Source of the DNA: Chiloscyllium plagiosum
Taxonomy: Eukaryota
Direction: 5' to 3'
NCBI RefSeq assembly: GCF_004010195.1
Contig: NC_057718.1
Span: 91,677,337-91,741,336, forward strand
DNA length: 64,000 nt
The translations under genes and the position numbers were made by a program. This document shows positions 49,898 through 64,000 of this stretch, piece by piece. The notes under the pieces were generated by a model. The model had not been told where the DNA came from. It saw nothing but the letters and a program-made list of their open reading frames with translations, and did no database searches. Position 1 is the first letter of the stretch. Every line of letters starts with the position of its first letter.

Positions 49898-52800
49898 GGA
49901 GTCATAGAGATGTACAGCACGGAAATACACTCTTTGGTCCAACTCGTCCATGCTGACCAGATATCCTAGCCTAATCTAGTCCCATTACTAGCACTTGGCC
50001 CATATCCCTCCAAACCCTTTCTATTCATATACCCATCCAGATGCCTTCTAAATGCTGTAATTGTACCAGCCTCCACCACACCCTTTGGCAGCACATTCCA
50101 CACTTGCATCAGCCTCTGTGTGAAAAAGTTGCCTCTTCGGTGCCATTTATATCTTTCCCTTTTCACCATAAACCTCTGTCCCCTTAGTTTTGGATACCCA
50201 CAACCCCCAAGAGAAAAGACCTTGTCTATATATCCTATCCATGCCCCTTTTGATTTTATAATCCTCTATAAGGTCATCCCTCAGCCTCCGATGCCCAGGG
50301 AAAGAGCTCCAGCCTATTCAACCTCTCCCTAGAGCTCAAATCCTCTAACCCTGGCAGCAGCCTTGTAAATCTTTTCCGAACCCTTTCAAGTTTCACAACA
50401 TCCTTCCCATCAGAAGAACGGAACTGCATGCAATATTTCAAAAGTGGCCGAATCAATGTCCTGTACAACCACAACATGACCTCCCAACTCCTTTAGTCAA
50501 TGCTCTGACCAAAAGGAAAGCATACCAAACGCCGTAATTTTCCAAAATGCAGCACTTCACATTTATCTACATTAAACTCCATCTCTCATTCCTCCGCCCA
50601 TTGGCCTATCTGATCAAGATCTTGTTGTACTCTGAGATAACCTTCTTTGCTATCCACTACACTACCAATTTTGGTGTCATCTGCAAACTTACTAACTATA
50701 TCTCCTAGGTTCACATCCAAATCATTTATACAAATGACGAAAAGTTGTGGACCCAGCACCCGATCCTTGTGGCCTACAGTCTGAAAAGCAACCCTCCACC
50801 ACCACTCTCTTGTCTTCTACCTTCAAGCCAGGTCTATATCCAAATGGCTAGTTCTCCCTGTATTCCATAACAGCAAACCTTGCTAACCAGTCTCCCATGA
50901 GGAACCTTGTCGAATGCCTTACTGAAGTCAATATCGATCACGTCTACCGCTGTGCTCTCATCATTCCTCTTTGTTACTTCTTCAAAAAACTCAAACAAGT
51001 TCTTGAGACATGATTTCCCACACACAAAGCCATGTTGACTATCCCTAATCAGTCTATGCCTTTCCAAATACCTGCAAATCCTGTCCCTCAAATACCTCAA
51101 ACAATTTGCCCACCACCGATGTCAGGGTCACTGGTCTATAGTTCCCTGGCTTCTGTTTACTACCTTTCTTCAATGGTAGCACCATGTTAGCCAACCTCCA
51201 GTTTTCTGGCACCTCACCTGTGACAATCGATGATACAAATATCTCAGCAAGAGGCCCAGCAATCATTTCCCTATCTTCCCACAGGTTTCTAAGGTACACC
51301 TGATCAGGTCTTGATTGTTTCAAGACATCCAGCACATCCTCCTCTGTAACATAGACATTTTTCAAGATGTCACCACCTATTTCCCCACATTCTATATTTT
51401 CTATGTCCCTCTCCACAGTAAACACTGATACTCGTTTATATCTCCCCGATGCGACTCCACACACGGGCTGCCTTGCCAAAGCTATCTCATGTCCCCTTTT
51501 TGCCCCCCCAATTTCCCTTTTCAGTAAACTCCTACTGCCTTTATACTCAAAGGATTCACTCAATCTCTGCTGTCAATACTGACATATGCTTCCTTCAATT
51601 TCTTATCCAGAACCTGAATTTCTCAAGTCATCCAGATTCCTGACAACTACCAGCTTTGCTATTCACCCTAACAGGAATATACTGCCTGTGGACTCTCGTT
51701 ATCTCATTATTGAAGGCTTCCCATTTGCCAGCCATCCCTTTAACTGCAAACATCTGCCCCCAATCAGCTTTTGAAAGTTCTTGCCTAAAACCATCAAAAT
51801 TGGCCTTCCTCTAATTTAGAATTCAACTTTTAGATTTGATCCATCCTTTTCCATCACTATTTTAAAACTAATAGAATTATGGTCACTGGCCCCGAAGTGT
51901 TCCCCCACTGACACCTCAGTCACCTTAGCTCCCAAGAGTAGGTCAAGTTTTGCACCTCCTCACGTAGGCACATCCACAAACTGAATTAGAAAATTTTCTT
52001 GTACAAAGTTAAATTCTTCTCCATCTAAGCCCTTAACACTATGGCAGTCCCAGTCTATGTTTTGAAAGTTAAAATCCCCTACCATAACCACTCTATTATT
52101 CCGACAGATAACTGAAATCTCCTTACAAATCTGTTTCTCAATCTCCTGCTGACTATTATGAGGTCTATAATACAATGCCAATAAGGTGATCATCCCTTTC
52201 TTATTTCTCAGTTCACCCAAATAACTTCCCTGGATGTATTCTCAGGAATATCCTCCCTAAGTCTGGCCAAAAACACCACTCCTCCCCCTCCTCTCTTGCC
52301 ACTCTTTCTATCCTTCCTATAGCATTTGTATCCTGGAACATTAAGCCGCCAGTCCTGTCCATCCCTGAGCCACATTTCAGTATTTGCTATGATATCCCAG
52401 TCCCATGCTCCTACCCATGCCCTGAGTGCATCTGCCTTCCCTGTTAGACCTCTTACATTTAAGTAAATGCAGTTTAATTTCAGTCCTACAATGTTCTCTG
52501 CTTTGTTCTTGCCTGCCCTGATTGTTTGACTTGCTCCTTTTCCCAAATGTACCAGTCTCAGATTGATCTCTTTCCTCACCATCTGCCCGAGTCCCACTTC
52601 CCCACCTTAATAGTTAAAATCCTCCCAAGCAGCTCTAACAAATCCCCCTTCCAATTCAGGTGCAATCATCCTTCTTGTACAGGTCACTTCTACCCCAGAA
52701 GAGATTCCAATTATCCAAACATGTGAACCCTTCTCCCCTGCACCAGTCACTCAGCCACGCATTTATCTGCTCTATCCTCCTATTCCCACCTTCACTAGCT

Positions 52801-53750
52801 CGTAGCACCGGGAGTAATCCACATATTACTACCCTCGTGGACCTCCTTTTTAAATTCCTGCCTAACTTTCTATATTCTCCCTTCAGAATCTCATCCTTTT
52901 CCCTTTCTATGTTGTTAGTTCCAATGTGTACAACGACCTCCTGCTGATCCCTCTCCCCTTTAAGAATATTCTACACTCTATCTGAGATATCCTTGATCCT
53001 GGCACCAGGGAGGCAACACACAATTCTGATTTTTTGCTGTTGGCCATAGAAACATCTGTCTGTGCCTCTGACTAGAGAGTCCCCTATCACAATCGATTGC
53101 TTGGAACCCAATGTACCCCTCATTACATTACAGCCAGTGTTGATACCAGAAACTTGACTGTTCATGCCACATTCCCCTGAGAGTCCATCACCTCCCTACG
53201 TTTTCCAAAACAACGTACTTGTTTGAAATGGACATAGCCACAGATATTCACTGCACTACCTGCCTACCCCTCCTACCTTTCCTGGAGTTAACCCATCTAC
53301 CTGACTGTATGTGCAGCTTTTCTCACTTCCTATAACTGCCATTCATCATACCCCCGGCACTTGTAAATTCCTCACTGCCTCTAACTGCCATTCCAACCGA
53401 CCTATGCAACAAAGCAGGATTTGCAACCAAAGACACTTCCTGCAGACATAATCATCAGTAACATGGAAACTCTTCCTAACCTCCCATGTCTGACAGGAAG
53501 AGCATATCACTCTACTAAAGACTATATTTGCTCGTTCACAATCTAAAGACCCAGAAAATAGCATCATTTTTGCTCTAAAAACAGTGCTCCAGGCTAACTC
53601 AACACTTATGGTTTATATTTTAAAAGTTTAATCAAGAGACAGAGCTCAATAAAACATATAATCAAAAAAGAACCCACTCTACTCATTACTATAGATTTAC
53701 AGTAAGGTTACACTTAAAATCTATGCACTTATCTGTTCCTGTGCTGTGAG
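49898..53750 (-). mobile_element. Near full-length but degenerate CR1 (ORF1 zinc finger + esterase; ORF2 EN + RT)
   Basis: CSSCQTW..CRKC; IVIGDSLVRGTD; CIYLNVRGL, MVGDFNF, DFSKAFDKVPH; gagtcatagag tail. Confidence 0.92.
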
Positions 53751-54014
53751 CTCTCCAGGAATAAAAGATATGAAGTCTTTATAGATTCATGTGCCTGATT
53801 ACACTTTATAGAGATCATGTTAATTTTTGATGTTACAGAAAGAACATTTTTGGTTTAAGATGCTACTGATTTTATTATTTAACACAAATTACTGAATTGC
53901 TTGCAATACTCAACACTACATTAATACATTATCGGTTTGAGCATTTTTGGGATATGCAAGTTAAATGCTCCAAACTGAAGCCCAAAAAGGAGAGAGGGTC
54001 AACAACTAGGTACG

Positions 54015-55010
54015 AAGACTATAAGATATTAGGAGCATAGTAGTCCATTTGGCCCATTGAGTCTATTCTGCCATTTGATCATGGCTGATATGTTTTTCAA
54101 GCCTATTCTTCTGATAACTCTTGCTGCCCTTACAAATCCAGAACCTATCTATCTCTTCTTAAAGACACTCAATGACTTGATCTCCATCGACCTCTGTGGC
54201 AATGACTACCATTGATTCACCACCCACTGTCTGAAGAAATTCTCTCTTATCTCAGTTCTAAAGGATTGTCCCTTCACTCTGAGGCTGTGCCCACATGCCC
54301 TTGTTTTACCTACTAGTGGAAACATTTTCTCCATGTCCACTCAATCCAAGCCTCTCAGAATTCTCTAAGTTCCAATGAGACACCCTGAGTCATCCTTCTA
54401 AACTCTATAGAATACAGAACCAGAGTCGTCATCTGCTCCTCAGATGACAATTTTTTCATTCCCTGGGATTATTCTTATAAATCTCTTCTGGACCTACTGC
54501 AAGGCCAACACGTCCTTCCTTAGATTTGGAAATCAAAACTGTTCACAATATTTCAAATGCAGTCTGACCAGAGCCTTATACAGCCTAAGCAGTATATCTT
54601 ATATTGTAGCTCTGTCAAAATGAACGCTAACAGTATAGCAGCCTCCTGTGCGGCACTTGCCAAAGGCCTTCTGGAAATCTAAATAGGTCATGTCTACTGG
54701 CTCTCCTTTGTCTACATTGCTTGTCACGTCCTCAAAGTATTTGAATAGTTTTGTCAGGTATAAATCTCCTTGGTGAAGCCATGCTGACTCAGTCTATTTT
54801 ATCATACAGTTCCAAGTACTCTGCAATTTCATCCTTAATAATGGACTCTATAATCTTACCAGTGACTGAAGTCAGGCTAACCAGCCTATAATTTCCCATA
54901 TTCTGTCTCCCTCCATTCTTTAAACAGGACTGTCACATTAGTCATTTTCTAGCCTTCCAGGATCTTCCTTGACTTCAGCGATTTCTGCAAGATTATTGCC
55001 AATGCCTCAA
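54015..55010 (-). mobile_element. CR1 fragment with internal deletion
   Basis: Similar to 8425-9820 and 46816-47780. Confidence 0.8.
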
Positions 55011-55519
55011 CAGCTGATAAGATGCAAATACTGAGATCGATGACAAATTCAGAACTGGTACATTAGGGAGTCAGTGAAGGTTATGACATCATTGAAGAAA
55101 AATAGCTGAGAAGAAATTGAAATGTTTTTACGAAAGAGAGGGAGGATGGTGGTGAGGCAAACAATGGAGTTGGGACTGCCAGGAAAAAGCGTAAGGTCTA
55201 AGATCGGACTAACTTAAGCACTGTGGATTTAATGAAGGATGCGTCACTGACAGGATGAGATGGTGATTGGGGTGTAACCAACATTGTGGAAACCCCAAAT
55301 AAAATGGGAGAAGCTGAAAAATGATGACTGGAGCCAAAAATATCTATTTAAAATGTCTACGTATTTTGGTTTTTCCTGTTTTTGGAGTCTCACAATTCAT
55401 TTCTTCATGGAGCTATAATAACAGGATAAAGGGTTCATGAAACAGCAGGATATCAATGAAATAAAGTAAAAAACTATTTATTTTAAATAGCAATTCCAGT
55501 TGCTAAGCGCATAGAAACA

Positions 55520-56240
55520 CAAGATGGACAGAAGTAGGCTAGCTAGCCCTTTAAGGTCACCCTGCAATTCAATTTTGTAGTCAATCCCAGATCTCAATTC
55601 CATTTGAAATCCAATCCATATATCACTCTATAAAGAATTAAAAAATCTAACCACCTTCTTGGATAAATTTCAATGAATCATAACCCATAGAGTAGATAAG
55701 TGCCTTTATTCTCAGTCTTAAATGATTGACCCATTTATTCTGAGAATATAACCCCCAGATCTACATTCTTCAGCCAAGGGTGAGCATTAATATCTACCCA
55801 TTCAAGCCTTTGAAGAAGCTTGTATGTTTCATGCAGACCATTTCGCCTTCTTCTAAATTCCAGAGAATTCAGGCTCATTCTACCCAATCCCTGCTTAGAG
55901 AACAATTCTCATTAGATATTAACCTAGCGTAATTTTGCTGCACTATCTCCAAAGCCATCATATCCAATCTTCAATAATTGCCCACAGTACTCTTGGTGCA
56001 GTTTCACCAAAGCACTTAGACTTATAGCAGCATTTTATTGCTCATACTCCAACCCTAATGCAAAAATGGCCATTTGGCTTCTTAATTGCTTATTACATTC
56101 ACATACTAACCTTGTATTTCTTGAGTGAGGACGCACAAATCTCTCTGAACAACAATTAAAATTTACATGTTTAAAATGTATTCTAATTTTCTCATCCTAC
56201 CAAAATGCATCAGCTTAAATTTCCCAACATTAATGCAAAG
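55520..56240 (-). mobile_element. Old CR1 3' fragment
   Basis: Degenerate similarity to the other minus-strand CR1 3' ends. Confidence 0.55.
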
Positions 56241-57289
56241 GTACATGAAGGAGCAGATATTATTGTCAATACATCAATAACTATACCCCATCATTATGTC
56301 TGTTCCCAAAAACTAGTATCACTGCTATCTTCAATTTTCTATTCCTCCAAGTATCTTGTGGAATTCCTTATGATTATTTCATTACCTGCAACTGTCTTGT
56401 GAGAGATATCATAGATGTCTGGCAGAACAGCTGCTTTTCTGATCTTTGAAAATGATGTCCATCTAAATATGTTTAACTCATCTTTTGTGTGATTTCCTTT
56501 GGGTCTGGCCACATGGCATCTATTTTAGCTTCTTTTCTACTGGCACGGCTTTTAAATCTGCAATAGTTCTGCCCCCACTTTGCTTCCATGATTTTTGCAT
56601 TTTATGCATATTCCTCTTTGTTGCAGCAAAATCTTCAATGACCTATCATCCATACTGTGGAATTCCTTCACCACCTCCAATCTATTAAGTGCATCCTGAA
56701 GATTTTCCCATTCGCAATGCAGCTTTCAGTCACTCTTCCTTGTCTCTCCATCCTTGATTGAGCATTTGCTTTACATATAGTCCATTTGTGAAGCATCTTA
56801 GGACTGTTTACATGTTAAATGTTCTCTGTTCTTTTAAGGTAAGAACACATCCATCACATAAATTATTAGTTAAAGCAACTTGCTTCAACCAGGCAGTGCA
56901 TATGGTTCTAAAAAATGGTCGTATTGCAACTAAGGAATGACTGTCATCATATAAAAGCCTTGTTGACATTCACACTGTAAAGGGAAAGAATGACTGACAT
57001 GTTGATATAATTATTTCAAGATAAAAATTCTTTGCTGTATTAAAAAATAATTCCTAACGTAAATGAGCATGTTGAATAAAAATGAAGTAATAAAAATTAC
57101 AATGTTAAGTGACATAAGTTTGGAACACTCAAACTGGTGACCTCTGTCATCTTGAACAATAAGGTTAAGTGGGTGTAAAGAGGCATCATTAAGTTTCCCT
57201 CCAGGTTAACAACTGAACTTGGTCATGAATCAAGATATCATTATATGCATCTCAAAAGATGCGTTGTTAGTTTAAATACTGATAGGATA

Positions 57290-58535
57290 TCCACAATTAC
57301 TTGAGAGTCAGCATGGTTTCATAAGTAAATTGCACTCGAGTAATTTGTTAGAGTTCTCGGAGGATGTAACAAGCAAAGTGGATAATGGGATTCTTTCGAA
57401 GCATCGGGACTTCCAGAAGAACTTGATAAAGTCCCACACAAAAGACTAACACACAAGGTAAGATCACATGGGGTTAGGGGGTCAGTTACTAGCTTGGATC
57501 GATGATAGCTAACCAACAGAAAACAGAAAGTAAGGACAAATAGGCCTATTTCTGATTAGCAAGATGCAATTTGTGGGGTGCCACAGGGTTTGGTCCTCAG
57601 GTCACAATTATTTATATTCTACGTTAATGACCTGGATGCAGGGATCAAAGGTACTACAGCCAAATTTGCAGATGACACTAAAACAGATATGGTATTAAGT
57701 TTCAATAAAGAAATAAAAAATATACAAGTACATATGGATAGGTTAGGTGAATGGGCCAAAATAGTACATGGAGTTTAACTGGATAAAGTGTAAGGTTATC
57801 CATTTTGATTGGAAGAATAGAAAGGCAAATTATTATCTAAATGGAGAGACACTTCAGAGTGTGTAGGTGCAGAGGGATCTGAGTATTCTTGTGCATGAAT
57901 CACAAAAAACCTGTAATCAAGTAGGTAATAAGGAAAGCAAATGGAATTTGCTAAAGGAACAGGGTATAAAAGTAGGGAAGTATTGATGCAACTGTAAAAG
58001 GCATTAAAACTACTGCACCTGGGGTATTGTGTATAGTTTCCGTTACTTTCTTGAGGTGAGATGTAGTTTCAGGAGAAGCAGTTCAGAGGAGATTCACCAG
58101 ATTGACTCGAGATGAGGGGCTTATTTCATAAAAGAGATTGCACAGTTTATGTTTTTATCCTTTAGGAGCTCAGAAGAATGAGAAGAGATCTAATTTAGGT
58201 ATACAACTGACAAATTAGATTGAGACCATGTTTTCTGTTGTGCGGCAGTTTAGAATGAGAGGTCATAGCTTTTGGATAACGGATAGCAGATTTCAAACAG
58301 AGAGGAGGAGAAATTATTTCTCAAAGGGTCGTTAATTTGTGTAATTCATTATCCCAGTATGTGGTGGATGCCAGGACATTGAGCAAACTTATGGAAGAGA
58401 TGGGTAGTATCATTAACGGGCCAAAAGGTTATGGGGAGTGGTGTTAAGGCTGAGATGAGATCAGCCATAATTATCTTGAATGGCGGAGCAGGGTCAAGGG
58501 GATGAACTATCTGCATTTAATTATATTCCTATGTA
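57290..58535 (+). mobile_element. Old CR1 RT/3' fragment
   Basis: PQGLVL..LF..YVNDLD...KFADDTK. Confidence 0.85.
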
Positions 58536-59088
58536 AAAGCTAAAGATCAAATTTGTTATTCTTTTGATGACACATTAAAAAAAAGTCATTTTACAGATTC
58601 TCCAAATTACATCATACTAACAACTAAAAGAAGAATGTTGTCCGAGCTTTACAAAAGAATCTGTCCAACTTATGTTTATGGCTTATCTCCAAATTGCAGC
58701 AATTCAATACTGTCAAGAACAAGTTGAGCAAAACTGACATTCTCCAGCACTAATAACTCTAGTTAAATGCATCCAAAGTGAAGTAGAAAACAAAACAATT
58801 AATTTCCTTAATAATGGGTTTATTCACTAATGCAGCCTTCCAATGTCTGCCACTGCCTCAGACCAATGGCCGACTGACTCGCTATATGTGATCGCCAACT
58901 TTCATCAAGCAATGCAGTTATCAGTGTATCTTTAACAGAAAGACCCGTTCACACCCATTCCTTCTGAACTTCTATACATTTATATTAAAAATAAACAAAC
59001 ATACTTATCAGAGTATCAACAGCTCTTCTTTCTCAGGAAGGAAAATGATAACAGTCAAGAATAGCTTATTCTGGTTATAGCTATTTAC

Positions 59089-59244
59089 CTTTTTAGTCAA
59101 TGAGTCATCAGAATCTGATGGCATTCGTGTAGAAACATGGAAAATGACTTCCGCAGTGGAGGTAGCATAGTAAGGTGCAGTTTGCCCTGTACTGCCATTA
59201 CGTTGCAAGCCACCCATAAAACCACAATGTGTAGCAAGGTCAAT
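59089..59244 (-). CDS. RALGAPA2: Internal coding exon of Ral GTPase-activating protein subunit alpha (RapGAP domain), [52 protein letters not shown]
   Basis: 156 nt (52 codons), bounded by cattccctAG acceptor and GTaaat donor on the minus strand, phase 0-0. Peptide matches recalled RalGAP-alpha GAP domain; [13 protein letters not shown] resembles RALGAPA2 rather than RALGAPA1 (QKNKSTGLTTPYF). Paralog assignment is from memory. Confidence 0.93.
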
Positions 59245-59659
59245 CTAGGGAATGACAAATGAAATTATTTCAGAAATAACGTCAACAATTCTGTTTCATA
59301 CTTTGTTCACAAAAAGGCAAGGTTTAAAAATAAAGCTGTTGATTTGTCACTATCATTCCAAATGTTTACTGACAGCACTACTATTCAGCATTTCTAACAG
59401 CTTCAAGAGAGAATGTCCTTGAGTTTCAATGGAAATGTTTTATTTTCAACCCATTAACTAGAGGTCTCCCAACCACCTAAATGAGAAAACAATATTTTAG
59501 TTTAGTAGAAGTGAAACTTGTATGTTCAATGATAAACATATTTCCATTTGACAATAGCGACGGTATTGTGCCTTAGAGGGTTTGTTCTGTGCTGTTCTTT
59601 TGCAGAGTGATGTTATCACCATGGATCCAGAATGTCTGCTTCAGAAGCAGTGTATAAAC

Positions 59660-60190
59660 AAGCTTTGAGTTCCCTGATTTTGTTTTAAATTTGACAAAAG
59701 AAGCATGAGTGGATGGAGTCAGGCTCACACAGACTCACCATTTTAGTTTTGCTTTCAGTTGAAGTTTTGGGAGTTGGCTGTGGAGGATGCTAGATAAAAA
59801 TCTCTCTGTTGCACCTAAAAGATTGAGTGCTTTTTCTGCTGCTAGATTGCTTATTTTGGTTTTCTTTCTCCTGGACTGGATAGAGCACGAGAAGCTGTTT
59901 TGCTAAATTTGCCTTTGCCAAGGGCATGTTTATGGGATGCTGCTATATTGGAACAGTTGATAATTAGTAGTTAAATAATATATTCTTTTGTTAAGTATTT
60001 CAATACAGCTAAAGTTATGTCAATTCTTTGTTTGTATTTTAGTTGCAGTGTAAGAATAAAGTGTGTTTTGCTTAAAGCCTAGCAGTCTGACTAATCAAAT
60101 CACATCTGGAACACAGTGCCTTACACTTGCCTTTCAATAAAATAAAAGTTAGAATCTATCTCTCTCCCTGATTTTTGAGGGGTGCGTGGG
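59660..60190 (+). mobile_element. LTR-like fragment related to 26660-27275
   Basis: aaagttagaatct...tttgaggggg resembles the reverse complement of 26670-26720; AATAAA signals present; termini not clearly recognisable. Confidence 0.45.
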
Positions 60191-63100
60191 GTGGTGGTGG
60201 CGGTGTTAGGGGGCTTCTGCTCTACAACATTAGGCTTCACTTCCAATCTGTGCAGCAAGCTAACTTACAAATAGCTGAGACCTCCATCTAAACATTTGAA
60301 TAAAGAGCACACAAAAGACTGTACACATCCAGATTAGTATAGGAGGTTCCTTAAAAATACATAACAAAGTTTTAAATGATTTCATAAAAAAAGGCACGCA
60401 AGCTTTCCAATTTTTCAGACAGATAATAAGACATTGCTTCCTGAATTTGTTGCACCCAAGCAACTGAGATTCTGGAAGCATATAGCATTCATGCAACACA
60501 AACAAACAGGTTCCAGGATCCAGCTAAGCTCTTGCTCAGATCTTAACACTATAAATTAGCCATGATGTGTAGGTGACAGTGTTGGACTGGATTGGACAAG
60601 GTCAAAAATCACACCATGCCAGATTATAATCCAACAGACGGACGATAACTTGGTGTCATGTCCAAGGTCAGAAATGACATGGTACAAGAACATTGAAGCA
60701 CTAATTTAAATGAGGAAGGGGATTAACAAAAAGACATGAGAAGCACGAGTGGTCTGACAGTGACCCTCACTGGCTCAGTGGAGGCATGAGGAACATAAAA
60801 CAAATTTTCTGTTTGAGGACTTTTTTTTGGTAAGCCTGCAGGGGTCTCTTCAAGGACTCAGTTTGGCAGAGCAAAACTTGAAAATAAAACTGAACTAATT
60901 TAAGAGCCTGATCTGTTAATAAGGGAAGAGACTCCCTTCAGCACTGAAATGTGACCTGTTCTTAGCAGCCACTGAAGAAAGTTCAATCAATTTGATTGTT
61001 GGCTGAATGCTCATTTGCAAAACTGGTTAACATTCTAGCATTTTATCTTCCAAAATAGTCTTTAAATGTCTACATTCTCTTAATTTTGAATAATCTAACA
61101 GACCTTTTCACTGGACATCTTCCATTTCCAAAACAACTTAATCAAAATAGGTTCTAATGAATTATAATGCAATTACAAATGTTACAAAGAGATATCTGTA
61201 CCAATATGTCTCAGTTACTACCAGCTTCCAAAATGATCAGTTCAATAATTAGTATAAAACATGAAATTCATTCACAGGACATAAGCAATGCTAACTGGGC
61301 CAACATTTAATGCCCATCTCAAATTGTTCTTCAGAAGTATCTTTGTAAATTATAATGAATGCATCTTTGTAAATGTACTTATTTGTGATAGTGGACTGAC
61401 TTGGGCAAAGGGTTATTTGATAACAAAGGACTGAGAAACAAATTGTCCTATGTTTAAAAAGTAAGTTTCTGAAATTCATTGTGTTATGTTTACTGTTGCT
61501 TTGCAACCAGTGGGATAAGGTGAAAATGAATGGCACAGCACAAAGCAAAATTCAGCTGGCAACAGACTGCTGATTGGTTTGAAAAATTGCGACCAGTTGT
61601 GGATGATGATCGTCATCAACTTGATGACAACTATCTGATTGTTTCCTGGACAGCTCAACAGCTTATGGGTATGAACCATACAGTCAGAATTCCTTCGACT
61701 CCGAGAAGAGGTGGTGTGTCTCTCACACACCAGTAAAATATCTGACACTAAAAAAAGACAGATGACTATTCCCATCAGTGTTCTGTGCTGTTGATTTATC
61801 TAATAAGTTGGAGACTTTATAATTTATGAACCAGCTGTTCTGTGCCTCCTACGAAAATTGAAAGAATGGGAAAGAAAAGCTCAGAGAATTAAATGACTTA
61901 GAATCTGGAAGGCTGGTACCATTGAACTGTTTCCCCAGTACTTTTTGCCCTTCCATCCATAACATCAATATTTTTGCCAGTCTATGTCCGTGTGCACACA
62001 ATGGCATTTTAGAAGAGATAGGAGTTTTAATTAGTACAGTTCTATGTTGACAGTTTATTGTTGTTTATCCGTGGTTAGAGTCTATTTAATTGTAAGGAGT
62101 GGTTCTTGTTAAGCATAGAACCTTGGTCAGTGTTTTCTGTTAACCAGAGTCTATCAGATCGGTAAACTGGGGACTTTGCATTCTTTGATAAAATTAACAA
62201 CTTTGGAGATGACCCCAGAAAAAAGCAGGGCCTAAAATCGAGTGTACTACCCCAGTGAGGTCTAACATCTTCTTTAACTGTCACACACAATACAGTTGCG
62301 GAGTGACTTCCAAAAATTTGGCCCGACCAAATGAAGGAACAGTGATTTATTTCTAAATTAGAGCAGTGCTCCACTGCAGGGAACTTATGAGTGGTGGTAT
62401 TTCTCCTCACATTCTGCTCTTAATCTGCTACATTGCAGAGGTTGTAGGCTTGAAAGGGATTAGTGAATAAGCCTTGGTGAGTTGCTGCAGTGAATATTGT
62501 AGACGGTGCAAATGCAGACACTGTGGGTGGAGGAAAGAGTGAATGCTTAAGCTGGTGAACAAGCAGCCTTCCCACTGTCCATGGACTGAGACCCATATAG
62601 GGCATCATCCTGTTGATGTCAATCCAGTGGTAGATGTTAAGTATTTCAACCAAACCATGGCATTTGCTTAAGGCACCTGGGTAGGAGGAACATCCTTGAT
62701 TAAAGATACTTAGTACCAATGAGTGGGATCCTCCTCGGGATTGGAGGAACATCTGAGTGAAAGCCACCGCACTGCTATGCTATTGATTCCCCATTTCCAA
62801 CACAAAAAGGTCCCCCAAACAATACATGAGGTACGTGCCTGGTCCGTCTTCAACCAGAGGCCTCAGGCTGATGTGGTACTGGCAACAGCCCCTTCTTCCC
62901 CAATGATGCTGCTCAGTATACAAGAGCTGCTCATCTCTGGTTGGACAGCAGCTCTCAGTAGGTGAGACTTCTGACCCCAGAACCCTTCATTTTGACCTTG
63001 TTAGTACAAGATATGCAGACATTCATAACAAGGAATGTAGGACTCTCCACTGGTTGCCCAGACTCTTGTCACCTCCACAAGACTCCAACAACCAATTCTG

Positions 63101-64000
63101 ATGTTATCACAGAGAGAAGACAAGAGCTAAAAGAGGTGAAGATAATTGCGTTTGGATACTGCTTTGAGGAATTCCTGCAGTGACTTTCTGGGGCTGAGAT
63201 TATTAGTTTCCAACAATCTAAACTTTCGACCTTTGTACCAAGCACGTTTCAAGTCAATGGAAAGCTTAGTTTTCAATTTCCACTGACTTCGTTTCACGAA
63301 GGTCCTTCAACATTGCATCCAATCAAATTCTGCCTCATTGTCAATTATTACTCTCACCTCTGGAATTCAGCTCTTCAGTTCATGCTTCAAAAAAGGCTGT
63401 AACTAATCCTGAATCTAAGTGAACCTGGCATACCCCAAGCAGGACAATGACAGGTTGATGGGAAGCAAATGCTGCTTGATAACACTGTCAGTAACTCCTC
63501 CCACTTGTATTTTATCTGAGTTGATCCTGCTGCTGAACATCCATTTCACAATCATAACTCTAATAGGAGCTCATCACAACCCTTGCATACATTCCGACTG
63601 CATGTAGCCTGCAGCTTTTGAGTAAAAGGGAGAGTGGAGACAGTGTACAAGTATCATTCTTGCAACATTTTGGATAAACAGGTGTCAACTACAGATTCTT
63701 TTCAGCTTTAGACTGTTCTGATGAGTCTAAGAAACACATTTTTTAGAAAGTGAAGTAATAATGATATAAACTAAAGTATCTGTTTTAATAAAGTTCAATG
63801 AATCAAAAGAATTGCTGAAAACCTTTGCTAAATGTCATTTTGAATAGTGAACCTATTTAACAACACAAAATCATTGTTTTATCAATGTAATTTATTCACA
63901 CAGTTTGACATTAAAAAGTATTTTAAACATAAGAGGAGTTAATATGTAATAATATAACTTTTTAAAATAATCTCATAGAATGTATGCAGAGGGAAGAAAC

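Larger units (their letters stand above)
27883..59088 (-). other. ~31.2 kb GT-AG intron of the RalGAP alpha gene
   Basis: Lies between two exons whose peptides are contiguous in known RalGAP-alpha proteins; canonical GT/AG ends. Confidence 0.85.

Noticed and set aside
49898..53750. Active autonomous CR1
   Set aside because: ORF1 and ORF2 are broken by many stops, frameshifts and deletions.

Overview
Vertebrate intronic DNA, most likely from an elasmobranch (shark), inferred from the HE1/V-SINE-like, HER1/CR1-like and Penelope repeat content. The only host protein-coding signal is two minus-strand exons (59089-59244 and 27724-27882) of a Ral GTPase-activating protein alpha subunit, most similar to RALGAPA2. 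They encode part of the RapGAP-type catalytic domain and are separated by a ~31 kb intron; I did not find the flanking exons in the window. The rest is mostly decayed retroelements: CR1, RTE, Rex1/Babar, L2-like, tRNA-SINEs, solo LTRs and at least two Penelope-like (PLE) lineages, often nested. The most notable unexplained structure is a set of short, non-coding, PLE-terminus-derived insertions carrying intact or decayed hammerhead-ribozyme cores. Several have clean 12-15 bp target-site duplications and two are ~400-450 bp fold-back palindromes with internal micro-inversions. Exon, TSD and hairpin coordinates were counted by hand; repeat boundaries are approximate and family names come from recalled motifs, not database searches.
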